From Gemmatimonadales bacterium (GTDB lineage: Bacteria > Gemmatimonadota > Gemmatimonadetes > Gemmatimonadales > GWC2-71-9), in contig DASSHL010000151.1 of NCBI GenBank assembly GCA_035692845.1, forward strand, positions 30,034-94,033: a stretch of DNA of 64,000 bases, in the 5' to 3' direction. The notes beneath the pieces were generated by a model. It worked only from the letters and a program-made list of their open reading frames with translations, made no database searches and was not told where the DNA came from. The first letter of the stretch is position 1. Each line of letters starts with the position of its first letter. A program made the position numbers and the translations under genes. Of this stretch, positions 34,776-42,267 are shown one piece after another.

Positions 34776-35849
34776 GTGCCGACCAAGGGCAGGCGAGCGA
34801 CACGCATGACGCCCGGATTTACCGGGCCATTCAAGGGCCAGCCGCAGCCCGGCACGCTCTTCGACAAGCGGGCGCTCGACCAGCTCCCCGGCAACATGAA
34901 CCTGACCCGGCAGCGGCCGGGGCCGCGGGGGTACTCCCCCGAGCGCCTGGCGGCCGTGCGGGACAACTTCAAGGCTCACGTCGAGGTCAGCACGAACATG
35001 AACGAGGCCGGCCACCTCTACGGGCCGAGCCATTACGACCGCAATGCCGACCCCGGCGGGGACATCGCCAATCGGGCGCGGTCGCGCATGCTCGACACGC
35101 TGGCCCGCAGCACGATCCCGACCAACGAGTACGACGAGAAGGCCGACTATGCCCCGCGGGTCGCGTCCCGGCGTGGAGCACCGAAGCCCGAGAAGTACAC
35201 CAGCGATCCCCTGGTGGGCCTGGAGCACATCCGCACCTACCCGAAGTCGCCGCATGACGCATTAACCGTGGCCGGCGAGTACATGAGCCATGGTGACCAA
35301 GTACGCCCCGGCCAGCCGTCGCTGCGCCCCATGGACATGCCCGACGTGCCCAAGACCCGCAAGGCCACCATCGGCCTGTACCCCACCGCCAGGGACGACT
35401 GGGGGCACGCACTGGGCACGCAGGCTGCGGTCAAGGGCGACGACCCCCGCGCAGAGCAGACGTTCCTCCATGAGCTGGGCCACCACGATTCCTACGTCGA
35501 GGCCAGCGAGTCGAGCCGCTACGAGACGAAGGCCCAGCAGGCCGCGGAGGAAGGGCGCGCCGACCGCTTCGCCGTGCAGCATTTCCGCCAGGACCCCCGG
35601 TCGAAGGAGAAGGGCTACGACCCGCGGGAGAACACCTACATGGCCCGAGGCATGCACGGCTTCAGCGGGCACAGCGCCTACTACGAGAAAGCGCTGCCGG
35701 CCGAGATGCACCCACCGGTCAAGACCAACCCCAACCTTCGCACCGAGCAGTTCGAGCAACCCGAGCTGCCGCCGGCCAAGGGCCGTCACGCCGTGGGCGA
35801 CATCTTCGTGGAGCGTGGCGTGGTGAACCCCCGAGGGTGGACCCGCTGA
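34776..35849 (+). CDS. putative zinc metallopeptidase (HExxH)
   Basis: TFLHELGHHD motif in a 357-aa protein; start GTG 34776 or ATG 34806; N-terminal GTLFDKRALDQLPG motif. Confidence 0.5.
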   Translation: MPTKGRRATRMTPGFTGPFKGQPQPGTLFDKRALDQLPGNMNLTRQRPGPRGYSPERLAAVRDNFKAHVEVSTNMNEAGHLYGPSHYDRNADPGGDIANRARSRMLDTLARSTIPTNEYDEKADYAPRVASRRGAPKPEKYTSDPLVGLEHIRTYPKSPHDALTVAGEYMSHGDQVRPGQPSLRPMDMPDVPKTRKATIGLYPTARDDWGHALGTQAAVKGDDPRAEQTFLHELGHHDSYVEASESSRYETKAQQAAEEGRADRFAVQHFRQDPRSKEKGYDPRENTYMARGMHGFSGHSAYYEKALPAEMHPPVKTNPNLRTEQFEQPELPPAKGRHAVGDIFVERGVVNPRGWTR

Positions 35850-36052
35850 TGCCCCGCAAGGTGACACTCTCCGGTGGCCGGGTCCGCAGCCAGATCGTGA
35901 CCGAGGCCCACCACCGGGCCGGCTACATGCGGATCGGGCCACGCTCGAAGGTCTGGTGCTCCTGCGGCTGGAAAGACGAGCTGCAAGGGACCTATACCGA
36001 GATGCAGGCGGCCTTCGAAACCCATAGGAAAGGCGAGCTGGTAAACTCTTGA
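35849..36052 (+). CDS. hypothetical protein
   Basis: TGATG coupling at 35849. Confidence 0.45.
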   Translation: MPRKVTLSGGRVRSQIVTEAHHRAGYMRIGPRSKVWCSCGWKDELQGTYTEMQAAFETHRKGELVNS

Positions 36053-36089
36053 CAATCCGCCTGGTGGCGGGCTATCGGAGGATCCAGTC

Positions 36090-36581
36090 GTGGCAACCAT
36101 TCGGGAACAGGTCATCGCCAACCTCGGCCGGCGAAAGAACCGGGAAATCCGCGAGGCCGAGGGCTTCGTCACCTCGAAGCTCGCCCACCAGCTCAAGATC
36201 GAGCCGGGCACGCTGGCCTCGACGCTCAGGCGTATGGAGGAGCGGGGCGAGATCCAACGCGAGGTGCAAGGCAAGCGCAGCTACGCCATCCGTCTGTGCG
36301 AGGTCGAGACAGAGGCCCCTGCAGCGGCTCCTGCAGCCCCGGTAACCAACGGACGGTCAACGCTCACCCAAGAGCGCCTGGACGCCGTAGCGGCCGTTCT
36401 GGAGGAGTATCCGGCCCTGGAGGAAGAGAACCGGCAGCTTCACCGGGAGCTGGGCAAGGCCGAGGAGAAGATCGAGGCGTTGGAGCTGCAGATCGCTGCG
36501 CTCAAGCGCCAGGTCGACGCGACCAAGGACACGGCCAAGCTCATCGCCGAAATCCAGGAGCGCCTGCAGAAAATCGGTTGA
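36090..36581 (+). CDS. winged-helix DNA-binding protein with C-terminal coiled coil
   Basis: GTG start; FVTSKLAHQLKIEPGTLASTLRRMEERGEIQRE is a MarR/wHTH-like pattern, then a heptad-rich tail. Confidence 0.55.
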   Translation: MATIREQVIANLGRRKNREIREAEGFVTSKLAHQLKIEPGTLASTLRRMEERGEIQREVQGKRSYAIRLCEVETEAPAAAPAAPVTNGRSTLTQERLDAVAAVLEEYPALEEENRQLHRELGKAEEKIEALELQIAALKRQVDATKDTAKLIAEIQERLQKIG

Positions 36582-36734
36582 CGCTTCTCGGCGGGCGCTG
36601 CAATATCTCCGAGGGCGGAACGAGGAATCGAAGGCGATATGCCTCGCGGCCGGCTCAAAACCGGCAGGGCGCAAGCCCAAAGAGCTGCCCTGCGCCGCAA
36701 GCAGCAGCCGTCCCTGCACCTTGACAATTTTTCA

Positions 36735-36878
36735 TCGGTCCCGAAGCGAAGGAGCGGGTTACTTCTCCTTACAAGAGGGGGACGCGGGTTCGAATCCCGC
36801 CGGCCGCCCGAGAGGGCGCCGTAGCCTAGTGGCCTAAGGCACCAACGTCTCCTGTTCCGACCTTGTTCTCGGGACCGA
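36735..36878 (+). ncRNA. Y-RNA-like module 1 with circularly permuted tRNA-like domain
   Basis: Closing helix tcggtcccg/cgggaccga; box aagcgaa; inner helix ggagcggg/cc(aa)cg(t)ctcc; hairpin cttctc-CTTACAA-gagggg; T-arm 36784-36800 (ttcgaat loop); GAGA-capped helix 36801-36821; D-arm 36824-36840; box ccttgttct. Confidence 0.7.
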
Positions 36879-36885
36879 CAATTCC

Positions 36886-37003
36886 TGACCCTGAAGCGAA
36901 GCATTTGGCTTACTTCTGACTGCTAATCAGACGATGCAGGTTCGACTCCTGCTGCAAAGGCCGGCGCCTAGTCGTACGCCGAGGCGACTGGTTCTCAGGG
37001 TCA
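36886..37003 (+). ncRNA. Y-RNA-like module 2 with anticodon-arm-like and T-arm hairpins
   Basis: Closing helix tgaccctg/cagggtca; box aagcgaag; ggcttacttc; tctga-CTGCTAA-tcaga 36915-36931; T-arm gcagg-ttcgact-cctgc 36936-36952; box ctggttc. Confidence 0.6.
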
Positions 37004-37008
37004 ACTCT

Positions 37009-37073
37009 CCGGGGGTAGTGACTGCGGTAGCTGGAAGTGGCCTGTACTGGTGGCGCAGAGGCCCTACCCCCGG
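37009..37073 (+). ncRNA. long hairpin between modules 2 and 3
   Basis: 10-bp perfect stem ccgggggtag/ctacccccgg enclosing a ctgcg...cgcag sub-helix; lacks the conserved boxes; function unknown. Confidence 0.4.
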
Positions 37074-37082
37074 ATTTTGTAA

Positions 37083-37156
37083 CTGCCAGATGCGAAGGCA
37101 ATGCGGTACTTCTTTCGGTGAAGACAACCCGCGAGGCCATCCCTGTTCTCTGGCAG
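37083..37156 (+). ncRNA. Y-RNA-like module 3 (minimal, single distal hairpin)
   Basis: Closing helix ctgccaga/tctggcag; box tgcgaag; inner helix tgcgg/ccgcg; ta-cttc-tttcggt-gaag hairpin; box cctgttc; followed by ccttttc. Confidence 0.6.
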
Positions 37157-37164
37157 CCTTTTCG

Positions 37165-37284
37165 CCGGCTCGGTGCGAAGGGCGTCGGTTACTTCTTGGT
37201 TCGAATCCAAGGTGATGGGGACGAGAGTCGCCGCACCTGCCCAATTGGCTTGGGCTACCCGACCCCGAACGGTTCCCGAGCCGG
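37165..37284 (+). ncRNA. Y-RNA-like module 4 with circularly permuted tRNA-like domain
   Basis: Closing helix ccggctcgg/ccgagccgg; box tgcgaa; inner helix ggg(C)gtcgg/ccgacccc with a bulged C; T-arm 37195-37211 (ttcgaat); GAGA-capped hairpin 37218-37232; D-arm gccca-attggct-tgggc 37239-37255; followed by tcttttt. Confidence 0.7.
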
Positions 37285-37291
37285 TCTTTTT
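37285..37291 (+). terminator. U-tract following module 4 helix (possible transcript 3' end)
   Basis: tcttttt immediately after the 9-bp closing helix; a 9-bp inverted repeat ttgacggcg/cgccgtcaa (37290-37298 / 37346-37354) follows. Confidence 0.35.
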
Positions 37292-37355
37292 GACGGCGTC
37301 AGGTGAAGAGGTGCGTGCCATAGAACTCGCTCCTTGAAAATTCGGCGCCGTCAAA

Positions 37356-37465
37356 TGGGCCAGAAGCGATGGGGTGCGGTACTTCGGTTAGAGGAGCCGG
37401 GGTTCGAAGCCCCGCTCTGCCGGTTCAAGCCCGGCTACCCGCTCTCCGACCTGTTCTCTGGCCCA
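37356..37465 (+). ncRNA. Y-RNA-like module 5 with non-permuted tRNA cloverleaf mimic
   Basis: Closing helix tgggccaga/tctggccca; box agcgat; inner helix ggggtgcgg/ccgctctcc (one U-U mismatch); TA; D-arm 37382-37396; anticodon-like arm cgggg-TTCGAAG-ccccg 37398-37414; T-arm gccgg-ttcaagc-ccggc 37419-37435; box gacctgttc. Confidence 0.7.
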
Positions 37466-37471
37466 GCTTCA

Positions 37472-37587
37472 CCCGCTCGATGCGACGGACCACGGTTACT
37501 TCGTGCCAGCCCTTCGGGGCACCGCCGGCCGACGAACCGGCAAACCGGGAAACCGGTCCTACCGTGTCCAAGCTGTTCTCGGGCGGG
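37472..37587 (+). ncRNA. Y-RNA-like module 6 (three non-tRNA hairpins)
   Basis: Closing helix cccgctcga/tcgggcggg (one G-U pair); box tgcgac; inner helix ggac(C)acgg/ccgtgtcc with a bulged C; ggttacttc; hairpins gtgcc..ggcac, gccgg..ccggc, ccgg-gaaa-ccgg; box aagctgttc; ends 22 nt before the Ro ATG. Confidence 0.6.
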
Positions 37588-37609
37588 AATTCGTACCCAG
37601 GGAGGAGCC

Positions 37610-39253
37610 ATGACCAAGTTCACCAATCGTCCCACCGCCCGGCCGACCGGCCCGGTTCGGAGCACTGGCATCACCCGGACCCACGAAGGCGCCGTCGGCT
37701 ACAGCCGAGACGCCGAGTCGGAGCTGTTCCTCCTGGCGGCCACCAACATGGTGTCGGAAGGCACCTTCTATGAGAGCGCCACCGCTCGCGACGAGCGCTT
37801 CCAGCGCCTCGTCCATCAGGTGGCGAAGACCAACCCCGAGTGGCTGCTCGGCGCCGAAGACCTGGAGCAGCGCACCGCCGGCAAGGTCGGCTTCATCGAG
37901 TACCTGCGGAACACCCTGCAGATGCGCTCGGCCAGCCTGGTCATGGCCGCCGAGTTCGTGCGCTCGGGCGCCCCCGGCGGCCGGCGTGCCGTCCGGCAGG
38001 CGATCTCCCGCGCCGACGAGCCGGCCGAGATCCTCGGCTACTGGATGAGCCAGTACGGCCGCAAGCTGCCGGCCGCCCTCAAGCGGGGTGTGGCCGACGC
38101 CGTGGTCCGGCTCTACACCGAGCGCAACGCCCTGAAGTGGGACGGCCAGAGCAAGGACATCCGCTTCGCCGACGTGATCGAGTTGGTTCACCCGCGGCCG
38201 CGCATGGTCTGGGGTGGCAAGGGGGCGCCGCCGGCCGGACGCCAGAGCGACCTGTTCAAGTACCTGCTCGACCGCCGGCACCACCCGGACAACGCCGAGA
38301 TCCCTGACAGCCTGGAGCTGATCCACCTGGACCGCCGGCTGCTCGCCATGCCCACCGAGGGCCGGCGCGTGGCGCTCAAGGAGGGCCTGGTGGCCGAGGC
38401 AGGCTGGAGCTGGGAGCGGCTCGCCGGCTGGCTGCCGGGCGGCATGGACTCCGAGGCGTGGATGTCGGTCATCCCGCAGATGGGCTACATGGCCCTGATC
38501 CGCAACCTGCGGAATTTCGATGACGCCGGCATTTACGCCAAGGTCAAGTCCGAGGTCTGCCGTCGGATCGAGGACCCCGAGGAGGTCGCCAAGAGTCGGC
38601 AGTTCCCGTACCGGTTCTGGAGCGCCTACAAGAACGCTCCGAGTCTGGAGTGGGGCGCCTCCCTGGAGCGTGCGCTCGACTACTCCTGCCGGAACATCCC
38701 CGAGCTGAGCGGCCGATCGCTGATCCTGATCGACACCTCGGCGTCGATGAACGACACCGTCTCCGACCGCAGCAAGGCGCGGCGGTTCGAGGTCGGCGCT
38801 CTGTTTGCCGGCGCTCTGGCGAAGCGGGCGGCCAACCCGACCGTGGTCATCTTCGGTGACCAGTCGAAGGAGTTCCCGATCGGCAAGTCGGAGTCGGTCC
38901 TGCGCTACGTAGACCGGGTGGGGGCAAGCATCGGCTCCGTCGGACACGGCACGATGATCTGGCGCTCGGTGCAGGAGCACTTCGCCAACCACGACCGGGT
39001 GGTGATTTTCACCGACGAGCAGAGCATGGACGACGCCGGCCAGCCGATGCGGACCTACTACGGCCGCAGCGACGGGATCGACAGCTCCACGTACAAGGCC
39101 ATCCCGGCCGTCCACGCCTTCAACCTGGCGGGGTACCGGGCCGGCACGGTGCCGCCCGGCAGTGGTCGGTACACCTACGGCGGGTTCACCGACGCCACGT
39201 TCGTGCTCATGGCGGCCCTGGAGGCCGGCAGCGAGGCAGGCTGGCCGTTCTAA
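37610..39253 (+). CDS. rsr: Ro60-like protein (TROVE domain plus C-terminal vWA/MIDAS)
   Basis: ATG 37610 after GGGAGGAG. N-term THEGAVGYSRDAESELFLLAATNMVSEGTFYES is TROVE-like. C-term LILIDTSASMND is a DxSxS MIDAS motif. The extra 92 N-terminal codons in the track ORF overlie the RNA modules. Confidence 0.8.
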   Translation: MTKFTNRPTARPTGPVRSTGITRTHEGAVGYSRDAESELFLLAATNMVSEGTFYESATARDERFQRLVHQVAKTNPEWLLGAEDLEQRTAGKVGFIEYLRNTLQMRSASLVMAAEFVRSGAPGGRRAVRQAISRADEPAEILGYWMSQYGRKLPAALKRGVADAVVRLYTERNALKWDGQSKDIRFADVIELVHPRPRMVWGGKGAPPAGRQSDLFKYLLDRRHHPDNAEIPDSLELIHLDRRLLAMPTEGRRVALKEGLVAEAGWSWERLAGWLPGGMDSEAWMSVIPQMGYMALIRNLRNFDDAGIYAKVKSEVCRRIEDPEEVAKSRQFPYRFWSAYKNAPSLEWGASLERALDYSCRNIPELSGRSLILIDTSASMNDTVSDRSKARRFEVGALFAGALAKRAANPTVVIFGDQSKEFPIGKSESVLRYVDRVGASIGSVGHGTMIWRSVQEHFANHDRVVIFTDEQSMDDAGQPMRTYYGRSDGIDSSTYKAIPAVHAFNLAGYRAGTVPPGSGRYTYGGFTDATFVLMAALEAGSEAGWPF

Positions 39254-39274
39254 GCTCTGGGTGGCGCTTGCTGG

Positions 39275-39308
39275 GAGAGGGGGCCTGTCCCACGACAGGT
39301 CCCCTCTT
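39275..39308 (+). terminator. terminator-like hairpin after Ro gene
   Basis: 15-bp stem gagagggggcctgtc / gacaggtcccctctt (two G-U pairs) with ccac loop, 22 nt after the stop. Confidence 0.6.
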
Positions 39309-39324
39309 CGCGTACCGTGGCCGG

Positions 39325-39618
39325 ATGACCGACCCCGAGGTCACCGCCGCCCTCGACACCGTCCTGGCTGAAATTCGCCCGCACGACCGGGACAAGGCGG
39401 TGCGGGCCACGGTTGCCTGGGCGGCGTACGACCTCGTCCTGACCCACACCCTGGTCAGCGACATGGCCTGGGGATATTGGCTCAGCGACGAAAACCCGCC
39501 GCCTGAGCTGCACCCGCTCCAGGACGAGCTGGCGGCACGTCGCCGGGCAGCTCGGGGCGCCGTTGGCCGGCCGCACGATTTCGATGCACCGAGTCGGTAC
39601 GGCCACCTGCAAGGATGA
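39325..39618 (+). CDS. hypothetical protein
   Basis: ATG 39325 (MTDPEVTAALD...), downstream of the hairpin. Confidence 0.45.
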   Translation: MTDPEVTAALDTVLAEIRPHDRDKAVRATVAWAAYDLVLTHTLVSDMAWGYWLSDENPPPELHPLQDELAARRRAARGAVGRPHDFDAPSRYGHLQG

Positions 39619-40538
39619 GCGGTATGGCGAACGAAGTCTGTGTGAATTGCGGCCAGCCGGCCACCTATCGGACCATGACCCAGGCAGCCAATACCGACTT
39701 CTACTGTGAATTCCACGGCAAGAAGAGCTACCCGAACGGCGGCCTGATGCGCCTCGATGAGGAGCAACCCCCGGCCACCGTGCTGCCGCCGGGCAGTGGT
39801 CAGACCGACACCTCTCTGATCATGCGGGGCGGCGGCGAGGTCGAGGACTCCCGGCTCGGGCGCGTCGTCCAATTCGATGAGCGGTCGCGGTCGTTCCCCA
39901 TGACTGAGCTGATCGCCGAACTGGAGCCGGCCAAGGCGTACAAGCCCCGCAGCCACACCTGGAATTGCGGCGTTCATCTCGACCAGGGCCAGGAGGGGAG
40001 CTGTGTCGGCCACGCCTGGGCGCACGAACTGGTCGCTCCTCCGGTGGTCATCGAGGGGATCGACCACGACTTCGCCCGGTGGATCTACAAGACGGCGCAG
40101 AAGTACGACCAGTGGGCCGGCGAAGCGTACGAGGGCACCAGCACGCTGGCGGGGGCCAAGGTCTGCGCCGGCCGGCCGCCGAAGATGGCCGAGGGCCGCG
40201 GCCTGATCGGCGAGTACCGCTGGATTTTCGGCGACATGGACGAGCTGATCAAGACGCTCGGTTATTTCGGCCCGGTGGTGCTCGGCACGAATTGGTACGC
40301 CGGCATGATGAACACCGACAAGGACGGCTTCGTCCGCAAGACCGGTTCGCTGATGGGCGGCCACTGCATCCTGATCAAGGGCGTGACCCTGACCAAGAAG
40401 GCCGTACGGCTGCACCAGAGCTGGGGCGAGAGCTGGGGCCAGGGCGGCGACGCCTGGCTGTCCTTCGCTGACCTGGAGGCCCTCCTGGGCGAGCAGGGCG
40501 AGCTGTGCGTGCCGGTCCACCGCAAGGAATGGGGATGA
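39615..40538 (+). CDS. papain-like (C1 family) cysteine peptidase with N-terminal zinc ribbon
   Basis: CVNCG...CEFH; DQGQEGSCVGHAWA (Q..GSC catalytic Cys), GGHCILIKG (His), QSWGESWGQGGDAWLS (NSWG..WG..G pattern). Confidence 0.7.
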   Translation: MSGMANEVCVNCGQPATYRTMTQAANTDFYCEFHGKKSYPNGGLMRLDEEQPPATVLPPGSGQTDTSLIMRGGGEVEDSRLGRVVQFDERSRSFPMTELIAELEPAKAYKPRSHTWNCGVHLDQGQEGSCVGHAWAHELVAPPVVIEGIDHDFARWIYKTAQKYDQWAGEAYEGTSTLAGAKVCAGRPPKMAEGRGLIGEYRWIFGDMDELIKTLGYFGPVVLGTNWYAGMMNTDKDGFVRKTGSLMGGHCILIKGVTLTKKAVRLHQSWGESWGQGGDAWLSFADLEALLGEQGELCVPVHRKEWG

Positions 40539-40870
40539 GGCAGAACCGGGCCACGGTCAAAGACGAGGGCCTCGGGGCCGCCTTCAAGGAGGGCCTGAAC
40601 GAGGGCCTGCGGCTCGACGGCTACGTGGTGCTGTTCATGAAGGTCGGCAAGAACGAGCGCCAGCACACCATTCCGGCCTCCGAAGTGCTGGAGCATGTCA
40701 GCAATTTCATCGGGGGGCTGCGGGGCGAGCATTACGAGGAAGGTGTCGTCATTCGAATTTTCGGCGACAGCGACGCAAAATCCGAGCCGGACAAAGCTCA
40801 GGCCCGCGTGGTTGAGCAGACCTCCATCGGGGAATCTGGCATCGAAGATGCTGAGATCGTGGACGGGTAA
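40535..40870 (+). CDS. hypothetical protein
   Basis: ATGA coupling at 40535. Confidence 0.45.
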   Translation: MRQNRATVKDEGLGAAFKEGLNEGLRLDGYVVLFMKVGKNERQHTIPASEVLEHVSNFIGGLRGEHYEEGVVIRIFGDSDAKSEPDKAQARVVEQTSIGESGIEDAEIVDG

Positions 40871-40906
40871 CATCCAGGTCGCTATGGCTATTTCAACGAG
40901 GAGGAA

Positions 40907-41401
40907 TTGATGGCCGCCACCAAGGAAAAGCCGGACCTGTTGGGCGAGACGGTGCCGGCCGATGAGGCCGACAGCCTGCGGGGCTGGACCTCGCAGCAGG
41001 GTCCCGAGCCGCCCAAGAACGCCCGCGAGCTGCCGCAGCAGTTCGTGGAGGAGCAGCTCCCCGACGCCGAGGAGATGGAGAAGACCGGCCTGGTCATCCC
41101 CGAGAACCAGATCGCCGAGAGCGCCGAAGTGCTCGACCCGGCAGATCAGGTGCGGGTCGGGAACGTCGACTACGCCTCGCCGCTCGGCATCACGGCCAAC
41201 CCCGAGGGTGCCCACATCCCCGGCGAGTCGCAGCCGCCGGCCAACATCAAGGCGGCCCCCGAGGGCGGCTCCCAGGCTGAGGGCGAGGGCGACCTCAACG
41301 ACATGACCAAGGCCGAGCTGGTCGACATGGCTCGGGAGCAGGGTGTCGAGGGCTACAGCTCGATGAACAAGGACGAGCTGATCGAGGCGCTGGGAGGCTA
41401 A
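40907..41401 (+). CDS. acidic protein with C-terminal Rho-N/SAP-like helix-extended-helix domain
   Basis: [35 protein letters not shown] matches the Rho termination factor N-terminal motif. Confidence 0.55.
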   Translation: MMAATKEKPDLLGETVPADEADSLRGWTSQQGPEPPKNARELPQQFVEEQLPDAEEMEKTGLVIPENQIAESAEVLDPADQVRVGNVDYASPLGITANPEGAHIPGESQPPANIKAAPEGGSQAEGEGDLNDMTKAELVDMAREQGVEGYSSMNKDELIEALGG

Positions 41402-41791
41402 ATGCCGAAGCGTGTCGCCCCGAAGTACTACGACACGCCCCCGCTATTTTTTCCCGAGGGCGCCGATATCTGGGAGTTCGGGGATCCAGAGGTTCGGCGC
41501 CCTCAACCGCGTGACGAAGCCGGCCGGTTCACCTACTCGCCCGGCTCATTGCTGAAGGACCCGAGCGCCACCATCTATCCGCCCCGGCCCCGTACCCTCC
41601 GGGCCTCCTATGACCCCTCAGACAGGACTCTTCGCATCCAGTTCCGAAATGGGAGGGTGTACGGCTACTACGACGTTCCGTCGAATGTCTGGCGGGACCT
41701 GAAGGACGTTGCCAGTACAGGGAGGTTCATCAACCGTCGGCTCGACCCCTTCTTCGACTACCACGAAGAATGGCCGGCCGACCTGGACTAG
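41402..41791 (+). CDS. KTSC domain protein
   Basis: RTLRIQFRNGRVYGYYDVPSNVWRDLKDVASTGRFINRRL is the KTSC pattern. Confidence 0.6.
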   Translation: MPKRVAPKYYDTPPLFFPEGADIWEFGDPEVRRPQPRDEAGRFTYSPGSLLKDPSATIYPPRPRTLRASYDPSDRTLRIQFRNGRVYGYYDVPSNVWRDLKDVASTGRFINRRLDPFFDYHEEWPADLD

Positions 41792-41800
41792 GAGGCGTGC

Positions 41801-41998
41801 ATGGCTGGGGTATGGGACCACCCGGAGATCGATGACTGGCTGGAGAAAGCTGACGAGGTGCTGGAAGCGTGCCCTGGACCCACGACATCGGACCCTTCTA
41901 CTGGCACACCCTCAAGTCCCCCGGACCCCCGCAGCGATGGCGGGGGCCGGCCCGGACAGAAGAAGTCGAAGAGCCATATCGCCAGGGCTGCGGCGTAG
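41801..41998 (+). CDS. hypothetical small protein (C-half low complexity)
   Basis: Good GC3 only up to about 41870, where the frame of the next ORF takes over. Confidence 0.35.
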   Translation: MAGVWDHPEIDDWLEKADEVLEACPGPTTSDPSTGTPSSPPDPRSDGGGRPGQKKSKSHIARAAA

Positions 41999-42267
41999 CA
42001 GTCAGGATCGGGTACCGGCGCATCCTCGTCGTCGGGAAGTGGCGCAACGTCGAGCGCACCGAGGACGACGCCCTCAAGGCGGCTCTGGGGGCGTCGGACC
42101 TCATCGTGGACATCACTGACTTGAAGGACTGGGATGGGCCTCAGGCGGAAGCTGACGACGCTGGAGCAGGAAACGAAGGCAGCCAAGCGGATCGCAGCGT
42201 TGGCGACGCACGAACTGCCGCCGCAGGTGGAGCACTGCCTGTACCTGATTGGGCGCAGCCTGGTTGA
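41869..42267 (+). CDS. hypothetical protein
   Basis: GTG 41869 is the first possible start after an in-frame TGA at 41851; good GC3 from 41869 to about 42135; both ends overlap neighbours by about 130 nt. Confidence 0.4.
   Translation: MPWTHDIGPFYWHTLKSPGPPQRWRGPARTEEVEEPYRQGCGVAVRIGYRRILVVGKWRNVERTEDDALKAALGASDLIVDITDLKDWDGPQAEADDAGAGNEGSQADRSVGDARTAAAGGALPVPDWAQPG

Noticed and set aside
29964-34900. QGRLF(D/G) / GTLFD motifs read as beta-sliding-clamp-binding peptides (QLxLF-like).
   Set aside because: There are only three occurrences, the match to the clamp motif is loose (positions 1, 4 and 5 only), and the carriers have no replication-related domains. It is mentioned under the N-terminal tag finding but is not claimed as clamp binding.
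36721-36726. Consensus TTGACA hexamer just upstream of RNA module 1, considered as the array promoter.
   Set aside because: No TAnnnT-like -10 element sits 16-19 bp downstream; that position is already the module 1 stem. The promoter remains unassigned.
36735-37465. Bona fide tRNA genes, suggested by four GGTTCGAAxCC-type T-arms, D-arms and anticodon-like loops.
   Set aside because: In no unit does a 7-bp acceptor stem pair directly adjacent to the T-stem with a free 3' end. Units 1 and 4 are circularly permuted, with the acceptor closed by a GAGA loop. Unit 5 has a 3-nt offset and its stem continues into a longer helix. Unit 2 lacks a D-arm and acceptor pairing. They are better explained as tRNA-like domains of Y-type RNAs.
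37334-37609. Track start (37334) for the Ro60-like ORF, which gives 639 aa.
   Set aside because: The extra 92 codons lie over RNA modules 5 and 6, are Arg/Pro-rich junk, and lack an RBS. ATG 37610 follows GGGAGGAG and begins the TROVE-like sequence.
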